DNA of 64,000 bases, taken from contig JAWAJB010000004.1 of the NCBI GenBank assembly GCA_038888155.1, forward strand, positions 1 to 64,000. Direction: 5' to 3'. Each line of letters opens with the position of its first letter. Within the stretch, counting starts at the first letter, position 1. The DNA comes from Desulfurococcaceae archaeon (GTDB lineage: Archaea; Thermoproteota; Thermoprotei_A; Sulfolobales; Desulfurococcaceae). Both the position numbers and the translations under genes were made by a program. A model generated the notes under the pieces. That model was not told where the DNA came from. It ran no database searches and was given only the letters and a program-made list of their open reading frames with translations. This document shows, piece by piece, positions 39,838 through 50,499 of this stretch.

Positions 39838-40009
39838 TACTACCCTGGAGCTAGATGTAAAAGAGATCTCTGTGAGAGAGCTGTTGGAGAAACTCAATTT
39901 AACTGAAACGGAGCACATTGTGCTTAGAAACTACTGTGTCGTAACTGAGGAAGATATTTTAGTCGATGGTGACGAGGTAACCATTTTTACTGTCAAGTCA
40001 GGCGGATAA
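39809..40009 (+). CDS. Ubiquitin-like sulfur carrier (ThiS/MoaD/SAMP)
   Basis: 66 aa, ending DGDEV...VKSGG. Confidence 0.85.
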   Translation: MIKVKVLEANTTLELDVKEISVRELLEKLNLTETEHIVLRNYCVVTEEDILVDGDEVTIFTVKSGG

Positions 40010-40160
40010 AATTCATACAAAGCTCAGAAATAAATTAGTTCACCGAACTGCGCTTATTTAAGTTGATAAAATTGGCCTTAAAAACATCAAGTTGAAGGTC
40101 GTTCGCCCGAGTTAATGTTTTGCGAAAGTTTATGTTTCACGCTTGATTAAAACCATCAGC

Positions 40161-40679
40161 TTACTTCTTAGGCGGCCAAACCCTATCGAAGTAGATGTTC
40201 TTGGGTCTAGCTGATATAGGAACTCCGTACGCTACATCAGCATCTAGTAATTTAAGTGCTAGCGCAGCGATGCCAGCACTGTACATTATTCTGTTATCTA
40301 CATTCAGCATGGAGGCTGTCCTCACTGCTGAACCTAGGGCGATACCAACATTGACCAGCGAGTTAGCAATGTCGGGATCCAGCTTTTGTGGCTCTGGTTT
40401 ACTCAAGCCTAAGCTTGCTATTTTACCCCCTATAATTACTACAGCATCACTATTACGGACGCTTTCTGCATCTCTCCTAAAGAATTCGCCATATGCGGGG
40501 GCTAGCTCCTCCATCTTCCTTGCTAACCCCTCAAGCTCCTCCCTCTCTGTTAAAACCAGGGAAACGATGTTATCTATTCCTCGTGCCTTTGGGGCAGTCT
40601 TAGCTGATACAACCATAAGTTGGGCCGCCAGAAGAAGGCTCGTCCTTATGGATTCCTTTTCATCTATCATTGTAATCAC
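40161..40679 (-). CDS. DUF2148-like (nitroreductase-like) protein
   Basis: SAKTAPKARGID, GIALGSA, VDNRIMYSAG and KNIYFDR. Confidence 0.75.
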   Translation of the reverse strand: MITMIDEKESIRTSLLLAAQLMVVSAKTAPKARGIDNIVSLVLTEREELEGLARKMEELAPAYGEFFRRDAESVRNSDAVVIIGGKIASLGLSKPEPQKLDPDIANSLVNVGIALGSAVRTASMLNVDNRIMYSAGIAALALKLLDADVAYGVPISARPKNIYFDRVWPPKK

Positions 40680-41377
40680 TAGCTTAGCTTCAGTATAAAC
40701 CTTGCATCTATGGCCAATGCACCGTTGGGGTAGGCTAATACAGGGTTTAGATCTGCAGTTTCGATATCCGGACGATCCTCCAGTATCTTTCCCAGCTTCA
40801 CGATAATGTCAGCAATGCTCCTGATGTCTACTGGAGGCATCCCCCTGAAGCCCTTAAGTACTACGGAGCTCTTAATTTCATTAATCATATCTACGGCATC
40901 GTCGATTGTAATTGGCCATACCCTAAAAGTAACGTCTTTGAACACCTCCGTGAAAACGCCTCCAAGGCCGAACATTAAAGTGATTCCAAAGACAGGGTCC
41001 ACTAGCCCTCCAACAATTACTTCTAAGCCCTTAGGGGCCATTTTCTGGACTAAGACACCTTCAATTCGGGCGTTCGGAGCTCTTTCCTTTACATTTTTAA
41101 ATATTAGCTCTGCGCTCTTGATCGCCTCTTCGGGTCCACTTACTCCTAGTATTACCCCACCTACATCAGTTTTGTGGCTTATATCTGGAGAGACTATTTT
41201 CAATACTACTGGAAACCCTATCTCGGCAGCGACCTTACCTGCTTCTTCGGGCGTCCTAGCCAGAGCATAGGGCGGATGAGGTATATTGTACTTACTTAAA
41301 ATCTCAAATGCCTCGTGCTCGAGCAATTTAGACTTAGTCTCCTTTACCACATTTAAACTCTGAGGTTGTGAAACCAT
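40679..41377 (-). CDS. acdB: ADP-forming acetate/acyl-CoA synthetase beta subunit
   Basis: FPVVLKIVSPDISHKTDVGGV, FGLGGVFTE and DLNP...DAR. Confidence 0.92.
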   Translation of the reverse strand: MVSQPQSLNVVKETKSKLLEHEAFEILSKYNIPHPPYALARTPEEAGKVAAEIGFPVVLKIVSPDISHKTDVGGVILGVSGPEEAIKSAELIFKNVKERAPNARIEGVLVQKMAPKGLEVIVGGLVDPVFGITLMFGLGGVFTEVFKDVTFRVWPITIDDAVDMINEIKSSVVLKGFRGMPPVDIRSIADIIVKLGKILEDRPDIETADLNPVLAYPNGALAIDARFILKLS

Positions 41378-42681
41378 TTGACCCCTTGCTGAATTATATA
41401 ACTGAAGGGTTTAAAAACAGTGTACGGGGAAAATACCCAAATAATATGAGCAAAAATTGGCCAATTACCTTAGCTACAAACGAAGTTCAATTGATTCATG
41501 GTTGACCAACTCTATTGCCTGGCGAAATCGTTAACAGGTTTCCCAAGCGAATAACGTTATTTTGAGAATATTGTTTCCTAGACTGTCCAAGATGTCTTAT
41601 GTAATATACTGTAAACTCTCAACAGGGTGTTTTGCTCTTAGCTTTATTTCCCTTGCAGTCAAAAATGTCTACTTACCTGGAAATAGGGGTCAACTTCCTT
41701 GTAATTTGAGAACAATATCAAGGTTGAATACCTATTTGTTTTACAGATTAAGACCTGCATTTTAATTACTAGTGACAAGTGCACAAGGGTCATAAGCAAT
41801 AATCTACATATTGAAAACTAGAAGTCGTGTATTAATAAGAAAGTTGACTTAATAAGAAGGGAACTTGCCTTGACATATTACAAGCCCTGATCGCTAATTG
41901 AAATGCTTTGGGAGAGTGTTAGACAGAATGAGTAGAGATCTTTATTCTAGTGTTTAGCACCTTACGATGTAATAAGTTTATAATCACTGTGTTCTTATAG
42001 GCTTTTAGGGTAATCAATAAACTGGAATTTTTTGATGGCTCTGAGTATCGGCAAAGAAGCAAACGACTTAACTGGAATATATGCTTTGAATTGAGTTGAA
42101 AATTTGGTAAGACCTCAACTAATTAAGTATCATGGAGAAATGCCCATTTGTTATAGAATAAACTACTGTGGCTTGCCATGGTCAACTGCTTTAAGTATTA
42201 CTTTACATTATTTATTAATAAGTTGCTAATGATTATAAATTTTACAATTAATCGATACTATTATACAACACAAGTTAAAGTTATTCAATTAAGTAAGAAG
42301 TGTTATTGCATATATGGGATATTACCTTAAGAGCCGTTCTAATGACAGTAGAATTTGTAGTACTTAGATTTGCCTTTCCAAACTCTACATGAACCGACTT
42401 CATCGATAATCCTATCGATTTTTATTTAAAGTTTTTATATTTCTTTTGACTATTTTTCATCGAATTATAATGTTATTCAATCTATTTTACTGTTATAATT
42501 TTGAGCACATATTACATTTTTGTACCCTTCACGTTGAGAAGCTTTGGGTGTAGCTGTATGCTTCAAGTGCTACCTCCTTAAGATCGAAAATGTCAGATAA
42601 TACCACTACTTAATTTATAACAGAGTTCTTATTTATTATCACATTTTCCATTCTATACGCATATTTGTATTTGTATAATTA

Positions 42682-42942
42682 AGGGATGCTTCCGCGCCCC
42701 ACCTGTGAAGCTTTTCGCGCACAGTCATTAGAACATAGCTCCACAGTGGGGTTCCTAGTTAACTATACCTCTGCAAAGTTAATTCGCGATTAACTTAACC
42801 ATGTGTTCAAGCGTAAGTGTGCAGCTTACGGTTGATATTTAAATAACAAGTCATTTTGTTATTGTCATTTAACAAGTTGATTCCTGCCCCCTAGCGCTCT
42901 ACTATGTAATCTGCTTTCCACCTATAAAAGGGGAGCATCCCT
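42682..42942 (+). other. ~260 nt multi-hairpin element closed by a 12-bp terminal stem (ncRNA or MITE-like)
   Basis: AGGGAUGCUUCC/GGGAGCAUCCCU pairs fully with one G-U. Internal stems at 42697-42751, 42776-42796, 42807-42835 and 42842-42863. Confidence 0.45.
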
Positions 42943-42963
42943 AGACTATCCACAGGGACCGAG

Positions 42964-43383
42964 ATGGACTTTAGTTCGGTAAAGTGGGTTCTTCTAACGG
43001 GAGCATTAATGTGGGCCCTTGCGTTTACCTTTGCGCTCAACTCCATTGTACTGTACCGCGCCGTGGAAAAAGCCCTTAGCTCTTGCTATGGGCTGTGCCC
43101 AATGGGGATAGTTATAGTTGTTCTGCTCACACCTTACGCTATCTCAAGGGCGCTTAAAGTTGAAGTGGCCAGCAAAGCAAATACAGCTCTTTTTGTTGCA
43201 GTCTACTCTGTACTGTTCGCCGGGGCTTGGATATTTAGTGCTAACTCGAACTTGATTAACTACGACACGCTCAAGGGCTTGCTTACGTTCACAGCCGGCT
43301 TTGCCTCTAGTTTCACAGCTCTATTTATGCTGATCTCGTGGGTCATATATTATAGGAGGAAAAGCTCGAGTAGAAGTCAATGA
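42964..43383 (+). CDS. Hypothetical 4-TM membrane protein
   Basis: Four hydrophobic helices, a basic C-terminal tail and an upstream TATA (CTATAAAAG). Confidence 0.65.
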   Translation: MDFSSVKWVLLTGALMWALAFTFALNSIVLYRAVEKALSSCYGLCPMGIVIVVLLTPYAISRALKVEVASKANTALFVAVYSVLFAGAWIFSANSNLINYDTLKGLLTFTAGFASSFTALFMLISWVIYYRRKSSSRSQ

Positions 43384-43427
43384 ACAGAAAGCAGTTTGAT
43401 AAACAAGGAATGTTTTGCGCGCATACC

Positions 43428-44567
43428 TCACAAGATGAGGCTACTTATTATTGATAGTGCTATCGGGCCAGTTAAATCAACAAGCGTAGTCATGATTGGG
43501 AAAACTAAATTATCTGGGTCCCAGCCGTGGTGGAATGAGAGAATTGCTAAGAAGTAGGTTATTGTAGCAGAAACGCTGTAGATCGCAGCAAACGCGATGG
43601 TTACAGACCACATAATGCGCAGTATTCTTCCTAGACTAAATATTGATGATGGGATCGACACCAATATAAGTGCAAGGAGGATGGATATGTACGTAGCAAT
43701 AAAACCAGCAACAGATTCCCTGTAAAAAGTCTTCACGGGCTTTTCGCCTTTTAAATGGAGGATTAAATTGAGTTTACTTCCGAGGTAGCCCATAGAGGCC
43801 CCTATGACTGCATTAAATGCGGGTAAAACGCCTAAGATCTCTGGGTTCTCGCTTATAAAGTAAACTACTGTCGCTAAGAAGAACCCACCAAGGCTACTAC
43901 CAGTAGAGCCCGTTACTGAGGCCACGAGGTTTTCGAGTAAGTCTTTCTCCTGCTTAACATGTACAATGTAGACTGTTGCACAAATTAGAGATAAGATAAC
44001 GACTAACAAGAAGAGAAGCTTTATAGCTACAGGCAGGGCTTCGTGCAGGTAGGCAACAACTATGAGAACAGCGGGTGTCAAGAAATCTCCTATACCAGTT
44101 ACAATTGTAGCCACAAAGGAAGATGGGTCGTGTCCCCGCCTGAATAGGTTAACTATGATAATGTTGACTATTGGCACTAATACTATGTAAACTGCAAGAG
44201 TTGAAGAGAGAGCTATAAATAGGAGCGAGAGAATTTCTGGAGCATTCAAGCCTACGAGCATTGATAGTACCATTCCTATTGCGGACAAGAAAGCTGTAGT
44301 AAAAATGGATATAGAGTAGCCTATTAGTGCGTTGACGAGATTATACCTTGTCAGTAGCCTCGGCTCTGCGAGACCGAGGTGTAGTGCCTTGTTGAGCCTA
44401 TAGCCAATAGCCCCATATACATCTCCCCTTAAATCCATGAGGCCCGGTATGAGAATCAACAGTGCCGGTAGTAGAACAAACAAGTTTACATTAACGCTAA
44501 GAGTGACTCCAACCATTACCTCTACTAGAGTTAACGTTAGAAGCGGTGTAAGCCACCTCTTGAGCAC
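43428..44567 (-). CDS. MgtE-family (SLC41-like) cation transporter with duplicated MgtE domains
   Basis: PGLMDLRGD, GHDPSS...TGIGD and WDPDNLVFPIMTTLVD. GTG start placed after a GGTGA RBS. Confidence 0.85.
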   Translation of the reverse strand: MLKRWLTPLLTLTLVEVMVGVTLSVNVNLFVLLPALLILIPGLMDLRGDVYGAIGYRLNKALHLGLAEPRLLTRYNLVNALIGYSISIFTTAFLSAIGMVLSMLVGLNAPEILSLLFIALSSTLAVYIVLVPIVNIIIVNLFRRGHDPSSFVATIVTGIGDFLTPAVLIVVAYLHEALPVAIKLLFLLVVILSLICATVYIVHVKQEKDLLENLVASVTGSTGSSLGGFFLATVVYFISENPEILGVLPAFNAVIGASMGYLGSKLNLILHLKGEKPVKTFYRESVAGFIATYISILLALILVSIPSSIFSLGRILRIMWSVTIAFAAIYSVSATITYFLAILSFHHGWDPDNLVFPIMTTLVDLTGPIALSIISSLIL

Positions 44568-44664
44568 TGCAATGTCCTCTTCACCTTTTTCCCTTAACAA
44601 TACTAACAAATTATGAGTAGTATTTAAAAGGGCAAATGGAGTATGATGTCTCTGTGAGGAGTCG

Positions 44665-45870
44665 GTGTTGTCTAGTTTTTCGTCTAATGCGCACAAGAAA
44701 TTACACGCTAAATCACTCCCTGTGAGATACAAGCCTGACTCTGTGAGAAACATACTTGAGAACATATGGGGCTTAACAAATATATCGGTAGATCTAGCCT
44801 TTTACGCATACTTTGCAAAAGACACAGACTTAGCCTATAGAATACTTGATCTAGACGGTCTAGTCGCAGATCACCTCGCGCAGTTCGTTATGCACACAGC
44901 AATGGCGTACGGAAGATCTAGGGAAGCTGGTTACGCATCACTTCTCTCGTTCTACTATGGATCTGCAATAGATATAATATCTGACTCCGTGAAGGACATT
45001 ATCTACTTTATACTTGCAAACCGGGTACCTAAGATAAGCTACGACCATGTGGTATACAGAGCTGACGGCGAAATTGTGGTAAAACTAACAGCAGAAAAAG
45101 ACTTTAAAGTAATAGACCTCACAGATAAGTACCCTGTTGACATCATATTGGTAGTCGAGGGAGATAAACACAAGTTCGCTCCAAAACCCAACGACCGAGT
45201 GAGGAAAAATTCTATTATTTACTTGAGGGGCTTTAGCGAACCTGTTTTACGTCTCTTAAATGATCGCGGGATCAAATACAAGCTAGATGAAACAACCAAT
45301 CCAGAGCTTGATCACATAGTAAAAGATATAGTTGACATAAAGGACATGGCTATACTCATGCTAGATTTAGCCCATTACGTGCTAATGAATCATTCGCCCG
45401 AATTGAGAGAAGAGGTTAAAGACCTCGAATTACAAGTTGATCTAATGCACTCAAAAGCGCTCGACAGCCTTCGGGACGCTGCAAACAAAATAGATCCAGA
45501 CACTTACATCGGGCTAATAACAATACTAAAGGAATTAGAGGATATTGCTGATGCCAGCGACTCAATAGGGCAAATACCCGCCCTTCAAGAGGTCTTTCCG
45601 AGGGAATACAAGGAGCTCTTCAATAGGGTATTCGAGAGTATAGGCGAGAAAATAAGAACTGTAACGGCGTCCAAGACCTTGGAGCTATACAGCTTGAATC
45701 GCAACTTAAAGAGATTCGGGGGAAGGGTTCTAGCTGTCAAGACGCGCGATTCATGGGTAGCGTATCCCTTTGCTAGGGACATAACGCTAAGTCCTGGAGA
45801 TAAATTAATCGTCGTGTACCAAGAAGAGTTCTCCGAAGAGCTCGATAAAGAGCTTAATTCCATGCTATAA
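44665..45870 (+). CDS. PhoU/TrkA-C domain protein (partner of the MgtE-like transporter)
   Basis: Repeated DLA(F/H)Y...E.IAD PhoU-like helices and TrkA-C-like segments (P....L.PGD.LIV). Confidence 0.75.
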   Translation: MLSSFSSNAHKKLHAKSLPVRYKPDSVRNILENIWGLTNISVDLAFYAYFAKDTDLAYRILDLDGLVADHLAQFVMHTAMAYGRSREAGYASLLSFYYGSAIDIISDSVKDIIYFILANRVPKISYDHVVYRADGEIVVKLTAEKDFKVIDLTDKYPVDIILVVEGDKHKFAPKPNDRVRKNSIIYLRGFSEPVLRLLNDRGIKYKLDETTNPELDHIVKDIVDIKDMAILMLDLAHYVLMNHSPELREEVKDLELQVDLMHSKALDSLRDAANKIDPDTYIGLITILKELEDIADASDSIGQIPALQEVFPREYKELFNRVFESIGEKIRTVTASKTLELYSLNRNLKRFGGRVLAVKTRDSWVAYPFARDITLSPGDKLIVVYQEEFSEELDKELNSML

Positions 45871-46009
45871 AGGAGCTAATAAAGCTCGATTGGTAAAATT
45901 AGTTAGGCACTAAGGTAGTAGAGAGACTTTTCGCCAAGCTAGTGGTAGCAATTAAATTGTGCTCAAAGCAAACAAATTATCTCGTAGAGAATCTATAAGC
46001 GGGTTAAGG

Positions 46010-46267
46010 TTATTTTTCCTTTAAACGCAGTGCTGCACTTTTAACTAACTCTATCAAATACCCCTCTTCACTAGGCACACCTGAACCAATAAGAACGCCG
46101 TTGATGTAGAGCTCGGGTTCATCGTTTTCTCCATCTACAAGTTCAACGTGAATTTCCTCGCCAATCTCAGTTTCCAGTATTTCCCTAATAAAAAGCATCC
46201 AGCTGAAAAGTGTGAACCTCGAGTAAGTCTGCTTCCCTTTGATAGCAACATTCATGCGAACACACAT
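46010..46267 (-). CDS. Small thioredoxin-fold-like protein without CxxC
   Basis: PELYINGVLIGSGVPSEE resembles the C-terminus of small Trx-like proteins. Confidence 0.45.
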   Translation of the reverse strand: MCVRMNVAIKGKQTYSRFTLFSWMLFIREILETEIGEEIHVELVDGENDEPELYINGVLIGSGVPSEEGYLIELVKSAALRLKEK

Positions 46268-46331
46268 CTTGATATTTTCTAGGAGTAATTTTTAACTCGC
46301 TTTCCACTCAAGGTTGTGCAGTGAACGAAAA

Positions 46332-48170
46332 TTACTCTACGGTAACTGTTTTAGCTAGATTTCTAGGTCTGTCGGGATCGTGCCCCCTCTTAACCGCTAG
46401 ATGATATGCTAACAGCTGGAGCGGTGGTACGTGAGTAATTGGCGTAGTAATCCAATGTCCCCTGGGAACCTCTATCGCGACATCTACCAACTCTTTAAGG
46501 TAAGAGTCTTTGTAGAGTACTCCAATAGTCAATGCCCCCCTGGCCTTCATCTCCTCTACGTTGCTGTGTATTTTCCGCTCAATCTCATGATCGTTAGGAA
46601 CAACGAAAACTACGGGGAAGCCAGGCTCTACTAGTGCTATTGGACCGTGCTTGGATTCGCCAGCTGGATACGCTTCAGCGTGGACATACGCTATTTCCTT
46701 TATTTTAAGTGCGCCTTCTCTAGCTGTAGGAACTCCAACGCCGCGGCTCAAGTAGTACATGCTTCTTGTATTAATTAACTTCTCAGACAGGCGTTCAACG
46801 AAACTGCTTGTTTCATTAATGGTTCTAGCAACTAGACTGCTCGACTTTTCTAGATCATCTAGGATCGAGCGGTACTCGGATGAGTCAATAACGCCCCGTT
46901 TATGCGCGTACTCTAGAACGATAAATGAGAGAGTTAACACCTGTGCAAGGAACGTCTTCGTCGCTGCAACCCCTATTTCGGGTCCAGCCCTCATGTATAC
47001 AGCTACATCGCTCTCTCGAGGGACGGCTGAGTCCACAATGTTGGTTACGGCTACAATTTTGCCTCCTGCATTTTTAAATCCCCTTACGGCTTTGAGTACA
47101 TCTATAGTCTCGCCGCTCTGAGTTACCGCAATTAGTACATCACTCTCGCTAACGCTATTAGCGTAAACATCGTACTCGCTTGCGATAAACGGTATAAAAA
47201 CTTCGCCAGCGAGCTTCATGGACGAGAGCGCTAAGAACTCAGATGCATGGTAACTTGTTCCAGCACCAACTATGTAGATTTTGTTGGCTTTAGTCAACAA
47301 GTCAACAACTTCTTTGACGCTACTATCGCTTCGTAGCCCGCTTATAGTGTAAGTTAGCGCGCGAGGCTGTTCATTAATCTCTTTAAGCATGAAGTGCGTA
47401 TAGCCCTCTTTGGATGCATCCTCTAATTTCCAGTCAACAACCTTAACGTAGTTCTCATAGTTAACCTTATCCCCAGTTAAGATATCCTCTATATAGACCT
47501 CCCTTGGTGAAATGTACCCCATCCAATAGTCTCTTACGGCTATAACCCTCCTGGTGTGTTCTAGTAACGCAGGTATATCGCTCGCGACTAAATTATACGA
47601 GTCGCCGATTCCCAGCACGAGAGGGCTATCTTTCTTTGCAAAGAAGATCTTGCTCAAGTCCAGCGGTGTGATCATAAGTATCGCATAAGCTCCCTTTAGG
47701 GTTTTAATAGCTCTCCTAAAGCTTTCGTAAACATCTCGAACTTGCTCATAAAAATCCTCTATCAAATGTACAACTACCTCTGTATCGGTTTGGCTCTTAA
47801 AGGCGTGTCCTTTCTCCAAAAGATCCTTTTTGAGTTCGTAGTAGTTTTCAATAATGCCGTTGTGAACTATGGCAAAAAGGCCCTTACAATCGGTGTGGGG
47901 ATGCGCATTTACATCAGAGGGAGGACCGTGAGTTGCCCATCGCGTGTGTCCAATACCTACAGTACCTCCGAGATTTGTGAACCCTAGCCTGCCCTCGAGC
48001 TCTATTAGTTTTCCCTTTCCCTTAAGGACTTTTAATTTATTCTCATCAACAACCGCTAAACCAGCTGAGTCGTAACCACGGTACTCGAGCCTTAGGAGCC
48101 CGCTATACAGTGCCTGTCCTAGCCTCAATGCATTCCTATCTTGCAAACAAATACCTACAATTCCGCACAT
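46332..48170 (-). CDS. glmS: Glutamine--fructose-6-phosphate aminotransferase
   Basis: MCGIVG, LEYRGYDSAG, GHTRWATHG and PRNLAKTVTVE. Confidence 0.98.
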   Translation of the reverse strand: MCGIVGICLQDRNALRLGQALYSGLLRLEYRGYDSAGLAVVDENKLKVLKGKGKLIELEGRLGFTNLGGTVGIGHTRWATHGPPSDVNAHPHTDCKGLFAIVHNGIIENYYELKKDLLEKGHAFKSQTDTEVVVHLIEDFYEQVRDVYESFRRAIKTLKGAYAILMITPLDLSKIFFAKKDSPLVLGIGDSYNLVASDIPALLEHTRRVIAVRDYWMGYISPREVYIEDILTGDKVNYENYVKVVDWKLEDASKEGYTHFMLKEINEQPRALTYTISGLRSDSSVKEVVDLLTKANKIYIVGAGTSYHASEFLALSSMKLAGEVFIPFIASEYDVYANSVSESDVLIAVTQSGETIDVLKAVRGFKNAGGKIVAVTNIVDSAVPRESDVAVYMRAGPEIGVAATKTFLAQVLTLSFIVLEYAHKRGVIDSSEYRSILDDLEKSSSLVARTINETSSFVERLSEKLINTRSMYYLSRGVGVPTAREGALKIKEIAYVHAEAYPAGESKHGPIALVEPGFPVVFVVPNDHEIERKIHSNVEEMKARGALTIGVLYKDSYLKELVDVAIEVPRGHWITTPITHVPPLQLLAYHLAVKRGHDPDRPRNLAKTVTVE

Positions 48171-48331
48171 GATTTAGACCTCTTCACGATAACTTATCTT
48201 GTTGAAATATTTAAGCGAGGTCAAAAGTGTGTAGCATATGCGAGGCTACTCCACGCTGTAGTTTAATTTGGAATTAAGCCATGAGTCCCCCTTTAATTAA
48301 AAACTTGCCTGCAAATAGGTTTTTGGGGGAT

Positions 48332-49012
48332 ATGTTCATGAGCCTATTAGTTATTAAGATCACAGGCAAAGCATTCGACGAAGGAACCCCGCTACTCGAT
48401 AGATACGCCTCAACGTTAAAAAAGCTATTAGAGACATACAAGTTGCTAATAGTGACTGGAGGCGGAAATACTGCTAGAAAATACATGAGTGTAGCAAAGG
48501 ATCTCGGGGTACACTCAGCTTATTGGCTGGACTCAATAGGTATTATGGCATCTAGGCTAAACAGCTTACTCCTAATAGCTTCCCTAAGCCCTCACGCTTA
48601 CCCTCGCGTGCCAAGCACTGTAGAGGATACCATTACAGCGCTTAGCTCCCATCGGGCAGTTTCTGTCGGGGGGCTGATCCCAGGGCAATCAACTGCCGCA
48701 GTTTTACTTCAAGTAGCAGAGGCACTAGCTGTCAGAAAAGTATACTACTACTCAGCAATAGGCAAAGTGTACACGAAAGACCCAGTTAAGCACCCTGACG
48801 CCAAGCCGTTGTCGGTAATTCCCGCGAGCACTCTTAAGGCAATAATTGAGCAAAGAAATCTACCTGGAGAATACGCGTTAGTTGATGTAAGCGCCCTAGA
48901 TATTGCAGTGAGGAGTAAAATTGAGGTACAAATACTGAACTACAGGGAGCCCGAGCTAATATACAGTGCACTAAATGGGGGGAATCCCGGCACAATAATA
49001 ACTCCAGAGTAG
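48332..49012 (+). CDS. pyrH: Uridylate kinase
   Basis: VIKITG, VTGGG..AR.Y, PGQST, YTKDP and GTII. Confidence 0.92.
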   Translation: MFMSLLVIKITGKAFDEGTPLLDRYASTLKKLLETYKLLIVTGGGNTARKYMSVAKDLGVHSAYWLDSIGIMASRLNSLLLIASLSPHAYPRVPSTVEDTITALSSHRAVSVGGLIPGQSTAAVLLQVAEALAVRKVYYYSAIGKVYTKDPVKHPDAKPLSVIPASTLKAIIEQRNLPGEYALVDVSALDIAVRSKIEVQILNYREPELIYSALNGGNPGTIITPE

Positions 49013-49126
49013 AAAGGCTTGAGGCAAGATACATAGCGGGAGCGGCTTAGCTGAAACTCGAATTGTTGAGATCGGCTGGGAATTTAGTCCGCGTTAACTC
49101 TACGCTGTAACATTGATAAGTTCTGA

Positions 49127-49843
49127 TCATCTGCTTGAATGCTGCTCTTTGAGCTTCCTTAAAACTCTTCGCGCCCAATATAAGAGAACTCTTGTCTCGT
49201 ACATGGATAGGGCACTTCTATATAACGTGCGCCTCAACACTAATTCGCACCTAGCTTGTTTATCTCTATTTGAAATAGAGGAAGCAGTAATCTCGCGGAG
49301 TAGCAATAGAATGTTCTCTACTTCAGCGCGTCCAGCCCTAGGGGGAACGTTAACAGGCTTCACACTCTTTTGCTTCCACAGCTCCCAGAGGAATATGGCA
49401 ACAGATTGACTTATATTTAACACAGGGTACTCTGGATTCGCTGGTATTGTGGCGAGAAAATCTGATCTTAGTATCTCTTCCCTTGTAAGTCCTGTGCTCT
49501 CCCTACCAAAAATTAAGGCCAGCTTAGTCACCCTAGATGGTATGCTCTTTACCAATACGTCGATTGGAATTGCTTGCCTGACGAGATCCCCCTCGCTGAA
49601 ACCAATAGCGCTTGTAGCTACTGATACATCTACGCCTTTCAGTGCTTCCTCGATATCTGAAACAATGGGGCTTTTAAGTAGCAAGTCTCTTCCACGTGCA
49701 GCGTACTTTAAAGCCTCTTCAATACTTGCAATCGGGTTAACCAAGTAGAGCTCTTCCACTCCAAAGTTTACACACGTCCTTGCAATAACGCCGAGATTCA
49801 TCGACCCTTCTATCCCGACAACTACGACCCTTACCTCAACCAA
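49127..49843 (-). CDS. trmJ: tRNA C32 2'-O-methyltransferase (SPOUT, TrmJ-like)
   Basis: NLGVIAR...NFG, FGRESTGLT and YPVLNISQSV. Confidence 0.88.
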   Translation of the reverse strand: MVEVRVVVVGIEGSMNLGVIARTCVNFGVEELYLVNPIASIEEALKYAARGRDLLLKSPIVSDIEEALKGVDVSVATSAIGFSEGDLVRQAIPIDVLVKSIPSRVTKLALIFGRESTGLTREEILRSDFLATIPANPEYPVLNISQSVAIFLWELWKQKSVKPVNVPPRAGRAEVENILLLLREITASSISNRDKQARCELVLRRTLYRSALSMYETRVLLYWARRVLRKLKEQHSSR

Positions 49844-49911
49844 GGCTCACACTCTCCCAGTAAGGACCTGAGTTTTGTATTGCGGGCTGTGTAAATAAAC
49901 ACCCAGGCTCT

Positions 49912-50499
49912 CTAGTCCTTGACGCACTCTACTGAGAATAAAGTCTCAAAGAAGAACTCCTTCTTTATAGTGAAGACAACTTTGAATCCTGATTTTATTA
50001 TGTGCTCCTCTACGATATCAGGGCTCGAGAGAGAAGAGTACACTAATATTAAGCGTCCCCCCGGTCTCAAAGCTTTTTTCGCGTACTCTATAAAGTAAAG
50101 TACTTTCTCAAAGCCTAGTGGACCGCCCTCGGTCGCTACATCCAAGTTGAGGGGATCATACGCAGGCAAATAGGGGGGATTCGCTAAAACCATGTCAACC
50201 GAGCCCTCCCTAATGAACGTTGTATCAGACAAAACTGGTATCCCAAAATGATGAACGCCATTTAGATGCAAGTTCTGCTCAACGCTGTTAACGGCATTTT
50301 CATCAATATCAACGAGGACAACTCTCTCGCATATGCTATTCAGTAGAGCGTATATGCCTAAAACGCCTGAACCTGCGCCTAAGTCTATGCAGATTTCTCC
50401 CCGAAGATTCCTAACATCGAGGACAGCAGTCAATAACCAAGAATCGTCGCTGGGCCTATACACATCTCCCATGTAGTTCAATCGAGGGTAAACCTTCAT
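49912..50499 (-). CDS. HemK2/Mtq2-type release-factor glutamine methyltransferase
   Basis: VYRPSDDS, DLGAGSG, NPPYLP and EGG..G. Confidence 0.88.
   Translation of the reverse strand: MKVYPRLNYMGDVYRPSDDSWLLTAVLDVRNLRGEICIDLGAGSGVLGIYALLNSICERVVLVDIDENAVNSVEQNLHLNGVHHFGIPVLSDTTFIREGSVDMVLANPPYLPAYDPLNLDVATEGGPLGFEKVLYFIEYAKKALRPGGRLILVYSSLSSPDIVEEHIIKSGFKVVFTIKKEFFFETLFSVECVKD

Noticed and set aside
41400-42680. CRISPR array in the long intergenic region
   Set aside because: No regularly spaced direct repeats were seen here or elsewhere in the window.
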